This document shows positions 24,803 through 36,790 of a stretch of DNA of 64,000 nt, piece after piece. The position numbers and the translations under genes were made by a program. Origin of the DNA: Mobula hypostoma (taxonomy: Eukaryota); assembly GCF_963921235.1 (NCBI RefSeq), contig NC_086108.1, positions 39,930,001 through 39,994,000 on the forward strand. The letters are read 5' to 3'. The notes beneath the pieces are model-generated. The model was not told the origin of the DNA and made no database searches. It was given only the letters and a program-made list of their open reading frames with translations. Within the stretch, counting starts at the first letter, position 1; each line of letters opens with the position of its first letter.

Positions 24803-25492
24803 GTCTGAATTAACATTCATCGCTACCACCAACTTCATCAAGACTTGTATGAATAAGTGTATGCCTTGGGGAACATACTATACATACCCAAACCAGAAAC
24901 CCCAGATGAATCGGGGGATTCATATAGTCTGTTGAGGCCTAGATCTGTAGTATTCAAGATTGGTGATTCAGAACCCTACAAGAAGTCCAGGTGTGACCCA
25001 CAAAGGCCATTGCAAAAGTGAGAAGGCAATTCTTTGTGAAGTTTGAAACCCAATCTGATGCGTGACATCTGTGGAAAGGGTTTGCATGCAATTAGTTCCT
25101 CTAAGGCAAAAGCCAACACTAGGGCACTGAAAACCTGTGCCAACTAACTGGCTGGAATTTTCAGGGATATCTTCAACTGCGCACTGCTACAGTCAAAAGT
25201 TCCCCTTAAAAGGATCATACTGGTGCCCAAAAAGATAACAGTGAGTTGCTTCGACTATCAGCCATTAGCATTTACTCCTACTGTGATGAAGTGCTTTGAG
25301 AGACTGGTCATGGTTAGAATTAACTTCTGCCCCAGGAAAGACATAGACTTGATGCAATTTTCCTTCTGCCATGATGGATCTACAGTAAACACAATCTCAC
25401 TGTGATTCTGTTTGGCTTTGTAGCATCTGGACAACAGCAATAGATATGTCAGGCTGCTGTATATCAATTACATCTCTGCTTTCAACACCACA
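24803..25492 (+). mobile_element. Rex1/Babar LINE fragment with RT N-terminal part
   Basis: ORF 25223-25405 reads PKKITVSCFDYQPLAFTPTVMKCFERLV; downstream is decayed YVRLL.I.Y.SAFNT. Confidence 0.75.
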
Positions 25493-27099
25493 TTGGATTG
25501 GAATCACAGACACTGTGGGCTGAAGGGCCTGTCCTGTGCGATACTATTCTCCGTAATTATGTGTTAAGTCCCTGTTCTTGTCTTCACAACCTAAATCAAG
25601 AATCAATTAAAAATTTCCAAAACCTGTCACACAAACACAGGTGCATTTGTTTTGTATTCTTTGTAGCGATTAAGTTTCAGACAGAGCAGGTATTGCAAAA
25701 GTACATAAAAAATATCATCGACAGTAATAGCAACAGGGTCTCTTACTCCAAATGTTATTGACTCTTACTTTTCAATCTCTGATTTTGGTTCAGTGCAATG
25801 TTTTGAGCTGCCTGAAATAAAGTTTGGGTTCCCAATACTGCACGTCCAGAAAAGAGCATTTCCACACAACAGCAATGTTGCCAGCTAGCATTGTTATGAA
25901 AGTATTGAATCACAATTCCTAAGGTGCATGTATAAGTGAAAGCAAAACGAAATGCTTGTGTTGTTTTGTGAATTATACACTCTTAACAGATTTTTTATTT
26001 TGTAAAGATTATCTTTTGAACTGCATAGTAAAATTTTAGATTTTTAAATTCCTTTTCAGTTTTGAATTTAATTCTCTATATTTTTGTTCCTTAATCTGTT
26101 TGCTGAAGGACATTATTAAACGTCCTTTTTCTTCAAAAATAGGAAACAAATATATTGTTTCAATGGCAAACCATTGAATCAGATTGGGCTAGTAATCTTT
26201 TGTATTGAATTTAATTTTACCTTGTTTTGTCCATCAAATCTTCAGAAGTCATTCGTGTATCGAAATAAAATCCAGAAGTATTGCATTCAGGACTGGAAAT
26301 TTCTTAATTTGTTATTCCACAGCAGAATATGCTTCAACGTGCAAAGTTATCACATCTTGAACGGTGCAGGGGAGCAATAAAATGACATTCTTTTGCACTG
26401 TAAATACCAGGTAATTCTATGAAAAAAAGTTAATGAGATAGAAATCTCCTGCCTTAGGCTGTATCTAGAATGTGCCTTGAATCACTTAACAAAAATTTAA
26501 ATGCAATGAAGAGGAAGCATTTTCCAGTTTTCCATCTAACATATCCTTTTGATCTTGATGACATATTTATGTTTGTGTGCATTTACTGTAAATGTTATTT
26601 TGTGTACCAGAGCAATCAGATTATAATAAACATTCATCCAAAAGTGTAAGAATGGTATATGTTGAGCTAGAGAGTTGAACATTCACTTTTGAGCCACAAA
26701 TTTTGAGAGTTTAAAGTCATCTGGGAAGAGTCCAAACCTGTACTTGTGTCCATCACTGATATGAGCAGACCGCATTTTCAAGGAAAGCTGTAATTGTATT
26801 TACCAAAGAGCCATAACACAATATGGTATCATTGGAGGGACCTTATTTAATAGCTTAGAAATGATCATTTAAAGCTATTATTGGAATTTTGTTCAATTAT
26901 AATAAATTCACCTACTTAAAATACTTGGGTGGCAAAGGGAGCTTTCCTTTGACTTTTGTAATTATTTACATTTGTGATTTGATATGCAATTTAAAATCTG
27001 TTTGATTTTGACTAACATAAAAAATGGAAATTGAAATTGTTCAAGTATTAATTATTGATGAATATGGTGAAAGAATGAACATACACTTTGTAACAAAGC

Positions 27100-27782
27100 A
27101 AAGTTCAATGTCGAGTTATTATCAAAGCACATATATGTCACCATATACATCCCTGAGATTTGTTTTCTTGCGGGCATACACAGTAAATCCAAGGAACGCG
27201 ATAGAATCAATGAAGACCACATCCAGCAGGACGGACAAACCACCATTGTGCAAAAGTTAACAAACTGTGCAACCACAAAAGAGATAATAAATAAACAAGC
27301 ATAAATGTCAAGAACAAGAGATGAAGAGTCCTTGAAAGTGAATCCACAGGTTGTGGGTACAGTTGAGTGAAGTTATTCCCTCTTTTTCAAGAGCCTGATG
27401 GTGAGGGATAATAACTGTTCCTGAACTTGGTGGTGTGGATCCTGAGACTCCCGTACCACCTTCCTGATAGCAGCAGTGAGAACAGAGCTTGGCCTGGGTG
27501 GTGGGGAATGATGATTTCCAGTGACAGCACTCCATGTAGATGTGCTCAATGGAGGGGAGGGCTTTGCCCATTATGCTTTTTGTAGCATTTTCCATTCAAG
27601 GCCTTGGTGTTTCCGTACCAGGCTGTAACGCAACTAGTCAATATATTCTCCACCACATGTCTATAGAAGTTTGTCAAAGTTTTAGATTCATGCTGAATCT
27701 TTGCAAACTCCTAATACAGTATAGGCACTGCTGTGCTTTCTTCGTATTTGCCCTTATGTGCCAGACAGATCCTCTGAAATGA
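27100..27782 (-). mobile_element. Rex1/Babar LINE 3' fragment
   Basis: ORF 27308-27595 reads ATKSIMGKALPSIEHIYMECC; homologous to the other Rex1 3' parts in the window. Confidence 0.75.
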
Positions 27783-28173
27783 TTTCAGAATCAGAATCAG
27801 TTTTATTATCACTGGCATGTGACGTGAAATTTGTTATCTAGGCAGTAGCAGTTCAATTCAATACATAATATAGAAGAGAAAAAAATACAGTAAACAAGTA
27901 AGTCAATTACAGTATATATATATTGAATAGTTTTAGAAACGTGCAAAAACATAAATACTGTATATTTTTTAAAATGGGATAGTGTCCAAGGATTCAATGT
28001 CCATTTAGGAATCAGATGGCAGAGGGGTAGAAGCTGTTCCTGAATCAACACAATCATTCCTCAGCACTTAAAAACACAAACATGAGGAATTTTGCAGATG
28101 CTGGAAATTCAAGCAACACACATCAAAGTTGCTGGTGAACACAGCAGGCCAGGCAGCATCTCTATGAAGAGGT

Positions 28174-28214
28174 ACAGTCGACGTTTCAGGCCCAGACCCT
28201 TCATCAGGACTAAC
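28174..28214 (-). ncRNA. Minimal type I hammerhead ribozyme motif with intact core
   Basis: Minus-strand RNA: UUAGUC-CUGAUGA-A-GGGU CUGG GCCU-GAAAC-GUC/GACUG. Stem I is UAGUC:GACUG, stem III is the palindromic ACGU, and predicted cleavage follows GUC. Confidence 0.75.
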
Positions 28215-28824
28215 TGAAGGAAGAGCTAGTAAGAAATTTGAAAGTGGGAGGGGGAGGGAGAGATCCAAAATGATAGGAGAAGACAGGAGGGGGAGGGATG
28301 GAGCCAAGAGCTGGACAGGTGATTGGCAAAAAGGATATGACAGGATATCTGTCTGCCAGAGAAAGCAGGATCTCCCAGTGGCCGCACATTTTAATTCCAC
28401 ATCCCATTCCCATTCTGATTTGTCTATCCATGGCCTCCTCTACTGTAAAGATGAAGCCACACTCAGCTTGGAGGAACACCTTATATTCCATCTGGGTAGT
28501 CTCCAACCAGATGGCATGAACATTGACTTCTCTAACTTCTGCTAATGCCCCACCTCCCCCTCATAGCCCATCTGTTATTTATTTATATACACACATTCTT
28601 TTTCTCTCTCTGTCCCTCTCACTATACCCCTTGCCCATCCTCTGGGTTCCCCCCCTCCCCCTTTTCCTTCTCCCTGGGCCTCCTGTCCCATGATCCTCTC
28701 ATATCCCCTTTGCCAATCACCTGTCCAGCTCTTGGCTCCATCCCTCCCCTTCCTGTCTTCTCCTATCATTTTGGATCTCCCCCTCCCCCTCCCACTTTCA
28801 AATCTCTTACTAGCTCTTCCTTCA

Positions 28825-28866
28825 GTTAGTCTTGACGAAGGGTCTCAGCCCGAAATGTTGACTGTA
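28825..28866 (+). ncRNA. Second hammerhead motif with mutated core
   Basis: UUAGUC-UUGACGA-A-GGGU CUCA GCCC-GAAAU-GUU/GACUG; three C-to-U changes in or next to the core relative to the left copy. Confidence 0.55.
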
Positions 28867-31419
28867 CCTCTCCCTAGAGATGCTGCCTGGCCTGCTGTGT
28901 TCACCAGCAACTTTGATGTGTATTCCTCAGCACTTGATTGGAAAATTGAGCCTACTGGGCCTGAACACTTCCCTCGGCAACTGGATCCTAGACTTCCTGA
29001 CTGGGAGACCTCAGTCAGTCCGGATCGGAAGAAGCATCTCCAACACCATCACACTGAGCACGGGGCCCCCTCAGGGCTGTGTGCACAGTCCACTGCTGTT
29101 CACTCTGCTGACCCACGACTGTGCTGCAATACACAGCTCGAATCACATCATCAAGTTCGCAGATGACACGACCATGGTCATCAAGAACGACGAGTCAGCA
29201 TACAGAGAGGAGGTGCAGCGGCTAACAGACTGGTGCAGAGCCAACAACCTGTCTCTGAATGTGAACAAAACAAAAGAGATAGTTGTTGACTTCAGGAGAG
29301 CACGGAGCGACCACTCTCCGCTGATCATTGACGGCTCCTCTGTAGAGATCGTTAAGAGCACCGAATTTCGTGGTGTTCACCTGGCGGAGAATCTCACCTG
29401 GTTCCTCAACACCAGCTCCATAGCCAAGAAAGCCCAGCAGCGTCTCTACTTTCTGTGATGGCTGAGAAAAGTCCATCTCCCACTCCCCATCCTCACCACA
29501 TTCTACAGAGGTTGTATTGAGAGCATCCTGAGCAGCTGCATCACTGCCTGGTTCGGGAATTGCACCATCTCGGATCGCAAGACCCTGCAGTGGATAGAGA
29601 GAACAGCTGAGAAGATCATCGGGGTCTCTCTTCCCGCCATTACAGACATTTACACCACATGCTGCACCCGTAAAGCCAACAGCATTGTGAAGGACCTCAC
29701 GGACTCCTCATACAAACTCTTCTCCCTCCTGCCATCTGGCAAAAGGTACTGAAGAATTCGGGCTCTCACGAGTAGACTGTGCAACAATTTCCTCCCCCAG
29801 GCCATCAGACTCCTTAATACCCAGAATCTAGACTGACATCTATATCATTTCTTATTATAATGTAATTTGTCCTCTACTGTGCCTATTATCTTGTTTATTA
29901 ATTATTGTACTGCCCTGCACTGTTTTGTGTACTTTATGTCATCCTGTGTAGGTCTATAGTCTAGTGTAGTTTTTGTATTGTCTTACATAGTCTAGTGTAG
30001 TTTTGTGTTGTTTCATGTAGCACCATGGTCCTGGAGGAACGTGGTTTCATTTTTACTGTGTACTGTACCAGCAGTTTATGATTGAAATGACAATAAAAAG
30101 TGACTTGACTTGAGTGTATGCATTCAGGCTTCTGTACCTCCTACCTGATAGTTACAGTGAGAAAAGGGCATGCCCTGGGTGCTGGAGGTTCTTTCTAAGA
30201 CACCGCTCCCAGAAGATGTCCTGGGTACTTTGTAGGCTAGTACCCAAGATGGAGCTGACTAGATTTACAACCCTCTGCCGCTTCTTTCGGTCCTGTGCAG
30301 TAGCCCCCCACCTCACCATACCAGATAGTGATGCAGCCTATCAGAATGCTCTCCATGGTACAACTATAGAAGTTTTTGAGTGTATTTGTTGACATGCCAA
30401 ATCTCTTCAAACTCCTAATGTATAGCCACTGTCTTGCTTTCTTTATAACTATATCAATATGTTGGGACCAGGTTAGAACCTCAGAGATCTTGACAACCAG
30501 GAACTTGAAACTGCTCACTCTCTGAACTTCTGATCCCTCTATGAGGATTGGTATGTGTTCCTTCATCTTCCCCTTCCTGAAGTCCACAATCAGCTCTTTT
30601 GTCTTACTGACGTTGAGTGCCAGGTTGTTGCTGCGACACCACTCCACTAGTTGGCATATCTCACTCCTGTACGCCCTCTTGTCACCACCTGAGATTCTAC
30701 CAACAATGATTGTATCATCAGCAAATTTATAGATGGTATTTGAGCTACGTCTAGCCACACAGTCATGTGTATCCCTGAGGTGTGCCAGTGTTGATTTTCA
30801 GAGAGGTGGATATGTTATCACCAATCCACACAGATTGTGGTCTTCCTGTTAGGAAGTTGAGGATCCAATTGCAGAGGAAGGCACAGAGGACCAGGTTCTG
30901 CAACTTCTCAATCAGGATTGTAGGAACGATGGTATTAGATGCTGAGCTATAGTCGATGAACAGCATCCTGACAAAGGAGTTAGTGTTTTCCAGGTGGTCT
31001 AAAGCTGTGTGGAGAGCCATTGAGATTGTGTCTGCCATTCACCTATCGTGGTGATAGGCAAATTTCAATGGGTGCAGGTCGTTGCTGAGGCAGGAGATCA
31101 GTCTAGTCATGACCAACCTCTCAAAGCATTTCATCACTGTCGATGTGAGTGCTACTGGATGATAGTCATTAAGGCAGCCCACATTATTCCTCTTAGGCAC
31201 TGGTATAATTGTTGCCTTTTTGAAGCAGGTGGGAACTTCAACGTAGCAGTGAGAAGTTGAAAATTTGAGCTCTTACTTCACGGCTGGGCTCACTGATTCA
31301 GTGACCACCCTCACTTCATGCCAGGGCCAGGCTAACCCACAACAGTCACTCTATTTAACTGAATAGAGCTCTAGACCACAATCTCATTCAAGGTTTATAA
31401 GATCATTCTACGTATTGTG

Positions 31420-32565
31420 TCTGTGCAGTTCACAGAAGAGTTACTGATTCTAATCCCACCTACCAACACTACATCTCCATAACCAGCCAGTGTTTAATTT
31501 TTCAAATATAACATCCATTGCTGTTGAATGTAACTTGTGCCTCATGCCCTTTCAGACAGTAAGTTCTAAGCTCACATCTCTCCTCACCTGTCATTTCATC
31601 CTTCCACCAATTACCTTATGCCTCTGGTTTGGAAATGGACCCCTCCAATATATTTTGTCTCAGTGTATAACTTTTCAGATCTCAATAAAGTTTTCCCTTA
31701 ACCATCCCTGTTCAGAAGAAACCAGAGCTACCCTATTCAGCAGTAAAATATTCTATTTGCGACCATATCCCCAAGTCTCCTGGACCACGTCTTTTAGGTA
31801 ATGTGGTGATCCAAAATGCATGCATACTTAAACTAAGAATGAACTAATGAAATTCTAGTATAACCTCCCTGATCTGCATTCTGCATTAGAGCTAATTCAG
31901 AAAATCTCCCTGGTGCCTTTATGACCTGTTATTTTCAAGGATCTCCAAGGTTCCTTTGTTTCTTCACACTACCCAGATTTCTCCTATTTTTGCATATACT
32001 CTTGTCTTTTTGTACCTTTCCAAACGTATTAGCTCACACATCTCTGGATTAAATTCTATTTGCCACTCTCAAACATCGATAGCTTCCTGCAATCTAATGC
32101 TTTCCTTCTCACTGTTAGCCACACAGCTTGCTTTTGAACCAACTGCAAAATTCTCTCTCAAAGCCAATATCTGAACCAGAATAATTAATATATGACTTAG
32201 ACCAGGGGAGTAAATACTGAATGCTCCACAGGGAACTGCCTTCAATCTGCAAAAGCCCCCATCAACCATAATCCTTTGCTTCCTGCCACTGATCCAAATT
32301 GAATCCCATGTGTAGTGTAAGACTGCTGTTAAGAAAATCATATGCTACATGGTATTGCTTGGATGCACTGTGGTATCAGACATTTCTGTTTAATTGAGAG
32401 TTTACTCTTAATATAAAGCATGTTCTGTTTTATCTCATTTATTTGTGCAAACAGCAACAGAAAAGCATGTAGACCATGGGCTTTTACTTTATTGATCAGC
32501 CTGCCATGTGTGACCTTGTCTAAAGATTTCCTTAAATCCACTAGGGCTTCATCAAAACCACTGAC
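31420..32565 (-). mobile_element. Old CR1 LINE fragment
   Basis: ORFs 32338-32541 (MDLRKSLDKVTHGRLINKVKAHG) and 32069-32341 (GRKQRIMVDG, RLQEAID). Confidence 0.65.
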
Positions 32566-33194
32566 TCATTGAACTCTGAAAAAGATAAATATTTGAATTT
32601 TTTATTCTTTACTTTGCATTAATGCTGCTTAAATTATTTGTTAGGGTCATTTTAATTTTTATTAATCTTTAAATATGATTTTAGAATTATTCTATTTGAA
32701 TTATTATTGTGTTTCTGTTAGAACTAATTGAAATCATTCCAAACCATTTGCATTAGTGAATGGTGGAATGGTTGTCGGGATGTTCTGGGGGGTGGGGGGT
32801 GGGGTGGACTTGAACCTGAGGTTTATTCACCTCATAGATCCCTTGGTTAACATCATTTGCAGCTCAATGTGTTTGTGTGTATGCGGAAACACAAACAGAC
32901 AGCTTTTTACATGAAAAAGGGTATCACTTTTCTTAAAGATGTTTGTCTAAATTAAGGCATTGGATCTTTTAAAACCAAAATCCTGAAAGCTGGTGCCTCA
33001 TTACTAGTTTTACCATCTTATCTGTACTTACACTGGATCTTGTGGACCTTGTGCATGTTGATGAGGATAGCACGAAGTGTTCAGTAATGAAAGCAACTTT
33101 AACCCTTGCACAACCTTTAATTCACATACTCATGTTCAAGGTCAAGTATATTTGGTGAGGTAATTTTATATCACTTGCTTATATTAGCTTAGAG

Positions 33195-36100
33195 CAGCCT
33201 TTCTCAACATTTTTGCTCTGGAGGAACCCTTGAAATAATTTTCAGGTCTCAGGGAACCCTGTGTAAAAATTATAATGTTTTTAATTATATGTTTTTAATA
33301 ATATAAAAATTATATCTACTGTTATATTTTATATGTTATATGTTATAAGTTATAATTGTCAATGCTCTTTTGAGTAGAGAATAAATTTTTAGCCAACCTT
33401 TCTTGAAAGCAGCAGGTAGTTAATCTGAGCTTACCTTCCTTGAAACTAATCATCCTTTCCCTTTCATAAATTTAAAAAACTCGTAAGGCAAACATAATAA
33501 ATTTCTGTTAAATAACTGGCTCAAGCCAAAATGGGATTTATTTTTTTAAAGGCGGACTCAGTGGATTTAATTTAAATATGGGTTGTAAATTGATTTTAAT
33601 TGATGCTATTCACAACATGAAAATTTATTGACAATGTTAAATAGTAAAATTACTAAAAAAAATAAGCCAAATCAATATGAATGAAAATATAGCCTGAGAC
33701 ACAATTTTCTTACAAGACTTTGAAAAAAAATGTTCTTACTAAGTGACATGATCAGGCTCAAATATAGGCCTAGCATGTGAAATCTGTGCTTGTTTTTTGC
33801 TGCACAAATACTCAGTTCTGGGTCGGACTTGAGATAAGCACACACGGATTTCACATTCAACTGAAATGAGATCATCTCTATCCTTGCTCTTGAAGCTTGT
33901 TAAACACGAAAAAATTCGCTCACACATGTAAGAAGTTGAAAACAGCAGCAAAATATTCATTGTTTTCCTATGAATGACAGGATACTCTTCTTCCACAGAA
34001 ATCCAGAATTTGTCCGAGAGCAGTTCAGTAAATCTCATCTTGAGTTCATAATCGGACTGCATCTCACAAAGTTCTTCCTCTTCCCTCAAAGTCAAGTTCT
34101 CAGGCTGAGCAGAAGATTCAGAGTGAGGATCCCTCACCCAGTCATATACTTAAGTTGAAAGGGAGGAAAAGTACTGTTCAGTTTTGTTCTGCAGTTTTTA
34201 CAGGTGGTTTACAATAAGAATTGAAAGTTTCTGATATCCTTCCTCACTCCCAAGCCCAAGCAGCAGTGGAAATATGTCAAGATTTCCTTTCGCAACATGA
34301 TTTTTCCAAAGATTCAAGTTTCCTTTTAAAAGTCAAACCATTTTCTCCAGGGCTTTGCAGAGACTTGTTCAACTGGTTCATATGATGAAAATATCTGCTA
34401 TGTAGGCTAGTTTCTGCAGCTATTCTTCACCTTCAAAGCACTTAGCAAGATCTGTCCTACTATTTTCTTGAAAATACCCCTGCAATTCACCTTTCAGCTC
34501 GAGCAACCTGTTGAAAACTCTTCCTCTGCTAAGCCACTGGATTTCTGCATGTAGCAGGAGACGGGTGTGCTCTTTGTCCGGGTTTTCACACAGTTTTTTA
34601 AACATTCTTGAGTAAACTGGCCTTTTTTTTTTGTAGCATCATCCGGAACTTTTTACATTTTATCACCAGGAGTTTTTGACGTCAGTACCTCTCTGTGAAG
34701 AAAGCAGCATGTTGTGAGAACGTCAGGATTTTCTGTTTTTCACAAGAGAAACGAAACCTCTCATGCAGCTGTTTGCAACAGAAAAAGTCTTCTTGAACTT
34801 CATCATTTACAAACGCTGCAACGTGACATTTATTGGTGAAAACTGTTGACTCACCAACCTGGATAGAGAAGCTGTTGTTTTTCAGTTTATCACACAAAAC
34901 TTCCTCATGTGACATGCCATCAATGCGTTGACCTATCGTACTCTTTGAAAGGGGCCGCCTCTTTGCCCGAATAAAAACCACGCAAGAGCCCATTCTCGAG
35001 CTATTATGTGCGGTCGACTGTGCTCTTCTCACGCGCACAGAGGACGCGCTGCAGGTTGCAGTCACCGTTTGTCAAGGCTGAAAAGGCTTTCTGGTTTACG
35101 GTAAGTCTGAAGAAAACAAAGATTTCCCATCAGAAGCCCCCTCATGGTGTTTTCAATCTACCTGGGATCACTATTAACGACCACCCTCTCACCACAGTTG
35201 AGCAGTTCACCTACCTGGGCAGCGTCATCTCCAACGACGCCACGGTAGTACTGGAATTGACAATGGACTCGCCAGAGCTATCAGTGCCTTCAGGCACCCT
35301 CAGAAACCTGTGTGGAAGAGCCACCAGATGCATCAATCCATGAAAGTCCACGTGCACAGGGCTGCCATCGTCGCAACTCTGTTATGCGGCTCCAAAGACA
35401 GGGTCTTGTACCGCAAGCAAGTCTGGTTGCTAGAACGCTTCCATCAGCGCTGCTTCTGCCCCATCGTGGTTTATCAGCTGGCAGGATTGCGTCTCCAACA
35501 ACGAGGTCCTGGAGAAGGCTCAACTTCCAATCATTGAGTCCATTTTGCTGCTTAGGCCACATGTCTCGCATGGACAACTCTAGGTTACCGAAAGCATTAC
35601 TCTACAGAGAACTCTCTCAGGGCTATAGAGATCGCGCGAGAGGTACAAAGACCAACTTAAGCAGCAGCTCTCTCAGGCAAATATTGAGGTCAAGGTGTGG
35701 CAGCAGCTGGCTTGTGACAGAGACCGATGATCCATGGGGAAGCCAAGAATTTTGTGGAATCCAGAAGAGCGACTGCTAAATAGAAGAGGAGAAGCAGGAA
35801 GGATCCTACTACACAAGTACCTGCATCCCAGCTGTTCCCGTGTCCCTACAGATCCAGAGTTTGCAGATTCAGACTTGGCCTCTACAGTCAACAATGATCA
35901 TGCTGTCGCTCCTGAAGACTCTTCTTCCCTCCTGATCTTCGCAAGTGAAGAACCACCATCATCATTGAGCATGAAACCTTTTCAATTACTCATACTGCAT
36001 CTTTCCTAGTATTTTACCAACTATAATTGTACATGCTGACATTATTAGGTTCTCACCAACTGTGTGACTTTTTCTTTTCTGGGTAATAAATTCTGCTACT

Positions 36101-36790
36101 AAATAACTTGCTTCTTGCACCCTTTTACTGACTGTGACTTTGTTAACAAAAGCTTTACTGTGTTTGTTTTGGGATTCCAATAGCCATTTAAAATAATCAG
36201 CACCTTTATGTGTGATATGGCTGTGATTTATAGTTAAGTGTCTTTTCAATTTTGCAGGAGTCATGACTGCATTGTAAGTTGTTTGCCACAGACTAGGCAC
36301 AATGGAATAGGACAACTCGGATCACCAGGCCCTGTAAAATTGATTGATAAGTAGCTTTCATTGTAAAGGTGGAAGTTTTTGTGTCCGCTGTTGCACTAGT
36401 GCAGTGAAATGTCTCAGAAGATTGTAATTCAAAAATTGCCACACTGGACTGTCAGACATGTCTGTAAAACACAGGGGTTAATAAAATATAAAATTGGGTG
36501 AGTCAACTCAATGTTCAGAAAACACACTTCACGCTCCTCATCAGCCTACAGTCCTTCCCTCCGTGCAATACAGTACTCACCAATTATCAATGGCCTCAAA
36601 AACTGAGAATGGACTCAAGCGAATAAACATGGCCCTACTGTGCACTGCCATACTGGGCTGTGTGACCTCTAATGAGATTGCTGATGGGGCTGTTCGGTCA
36701 CTGCCCACTACTATGAGTGCTAGCATCATGCATCGCACAAAGTTAAAAAAAACTCACGATCTCTCACGGAATCCCAGTTGAAAAACCCTG
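33195..36790 (-). mobile_element. hAT (Buster/Charlie) DNA transposon with both ends and a decayed transposase
   Basis: TIRs CAGCCTTTCTCAAC / CAGGGTTTTTCAAC. 8 bp TSD GCTTAGAG (33187-33194) / TCTTAGAG (36791-36798) with central TA. Transposase pieces PAKLKRHL, FSIQVGEST, LLLHAEIQWLSRGR and FSTSYMCERIFS. Confidence 0.93.
34955..35965 (+). mobile_element. RTE (BovB-like) LINE, 5'-truncated, inserted in the hAT transposase
   Basis: ELLCAVDCALLTRTEDALQ (decayed FADD region), VEQFTYLGSVIS, LERFHQRC, GHMSRMDNSRLPKALLYREL; short (CAT)n tail. Confidence 0.85.

Larger units (their letters stand above)
28070..28921 (+). mobile_element. Truncated Penelope-like element with inverted terminal arms and a GIY-YIG endonuclease C-terminus
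   Basis: Arms 28118-28346 and 28693-28921 are inverted copies. The centre encodes DLPVAAHFNSTSHSHSD...EEHLIFHLGSLQPDGMNIDFSNF (stop 28543-28545). ATTCCTCAGCACTT is duplicated at 28056-28069 and 28922-28935. Confidence 0.9.
28045..30113 (+). mobile_element. Rex1/Babar LINE of a distinct family, 5'-truncated and split by the Penelope element
   Basis: [39 protein letters not shown]...KFADDTT...[16 protein letters not shown] at 30092-30097 and a (TGACT)n tail at 30101-30113. Confidence 0.92.
27783..31262 (-). mobile_element. Rex1/Babar LINE, outer host of the nest (27783-28045 plus 30111-31262)
   Basis: (TCAGAA)n tail at 27783-27800. RT ORFs 30237-30758 (YKFADDT, LNVSKTKELIVDFRK) and 30763-31038 ([18 protein letters not shown]). 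Confidence 0.9.

Noticed and set aside
29950..30010. Short direct repeats (tagtctagtgtagtttt) as a CRISPR-like array
   Set aside because: Only two units, inside a Rex1 3' UTR, in a eukaryotic context with no cas genes.
32787..32807. G-rich tract as a functional G-quadruplex
   Set aside because: Simple G-run microsatellite with no supporting context.
33739..36315. Domesticated ZBED/SCAND3/FAM200-like gene
   Set aside because: Multiple frameshifts and stops, an RTE insertion, and retained TIRs and TSD indicate a dead transposon.
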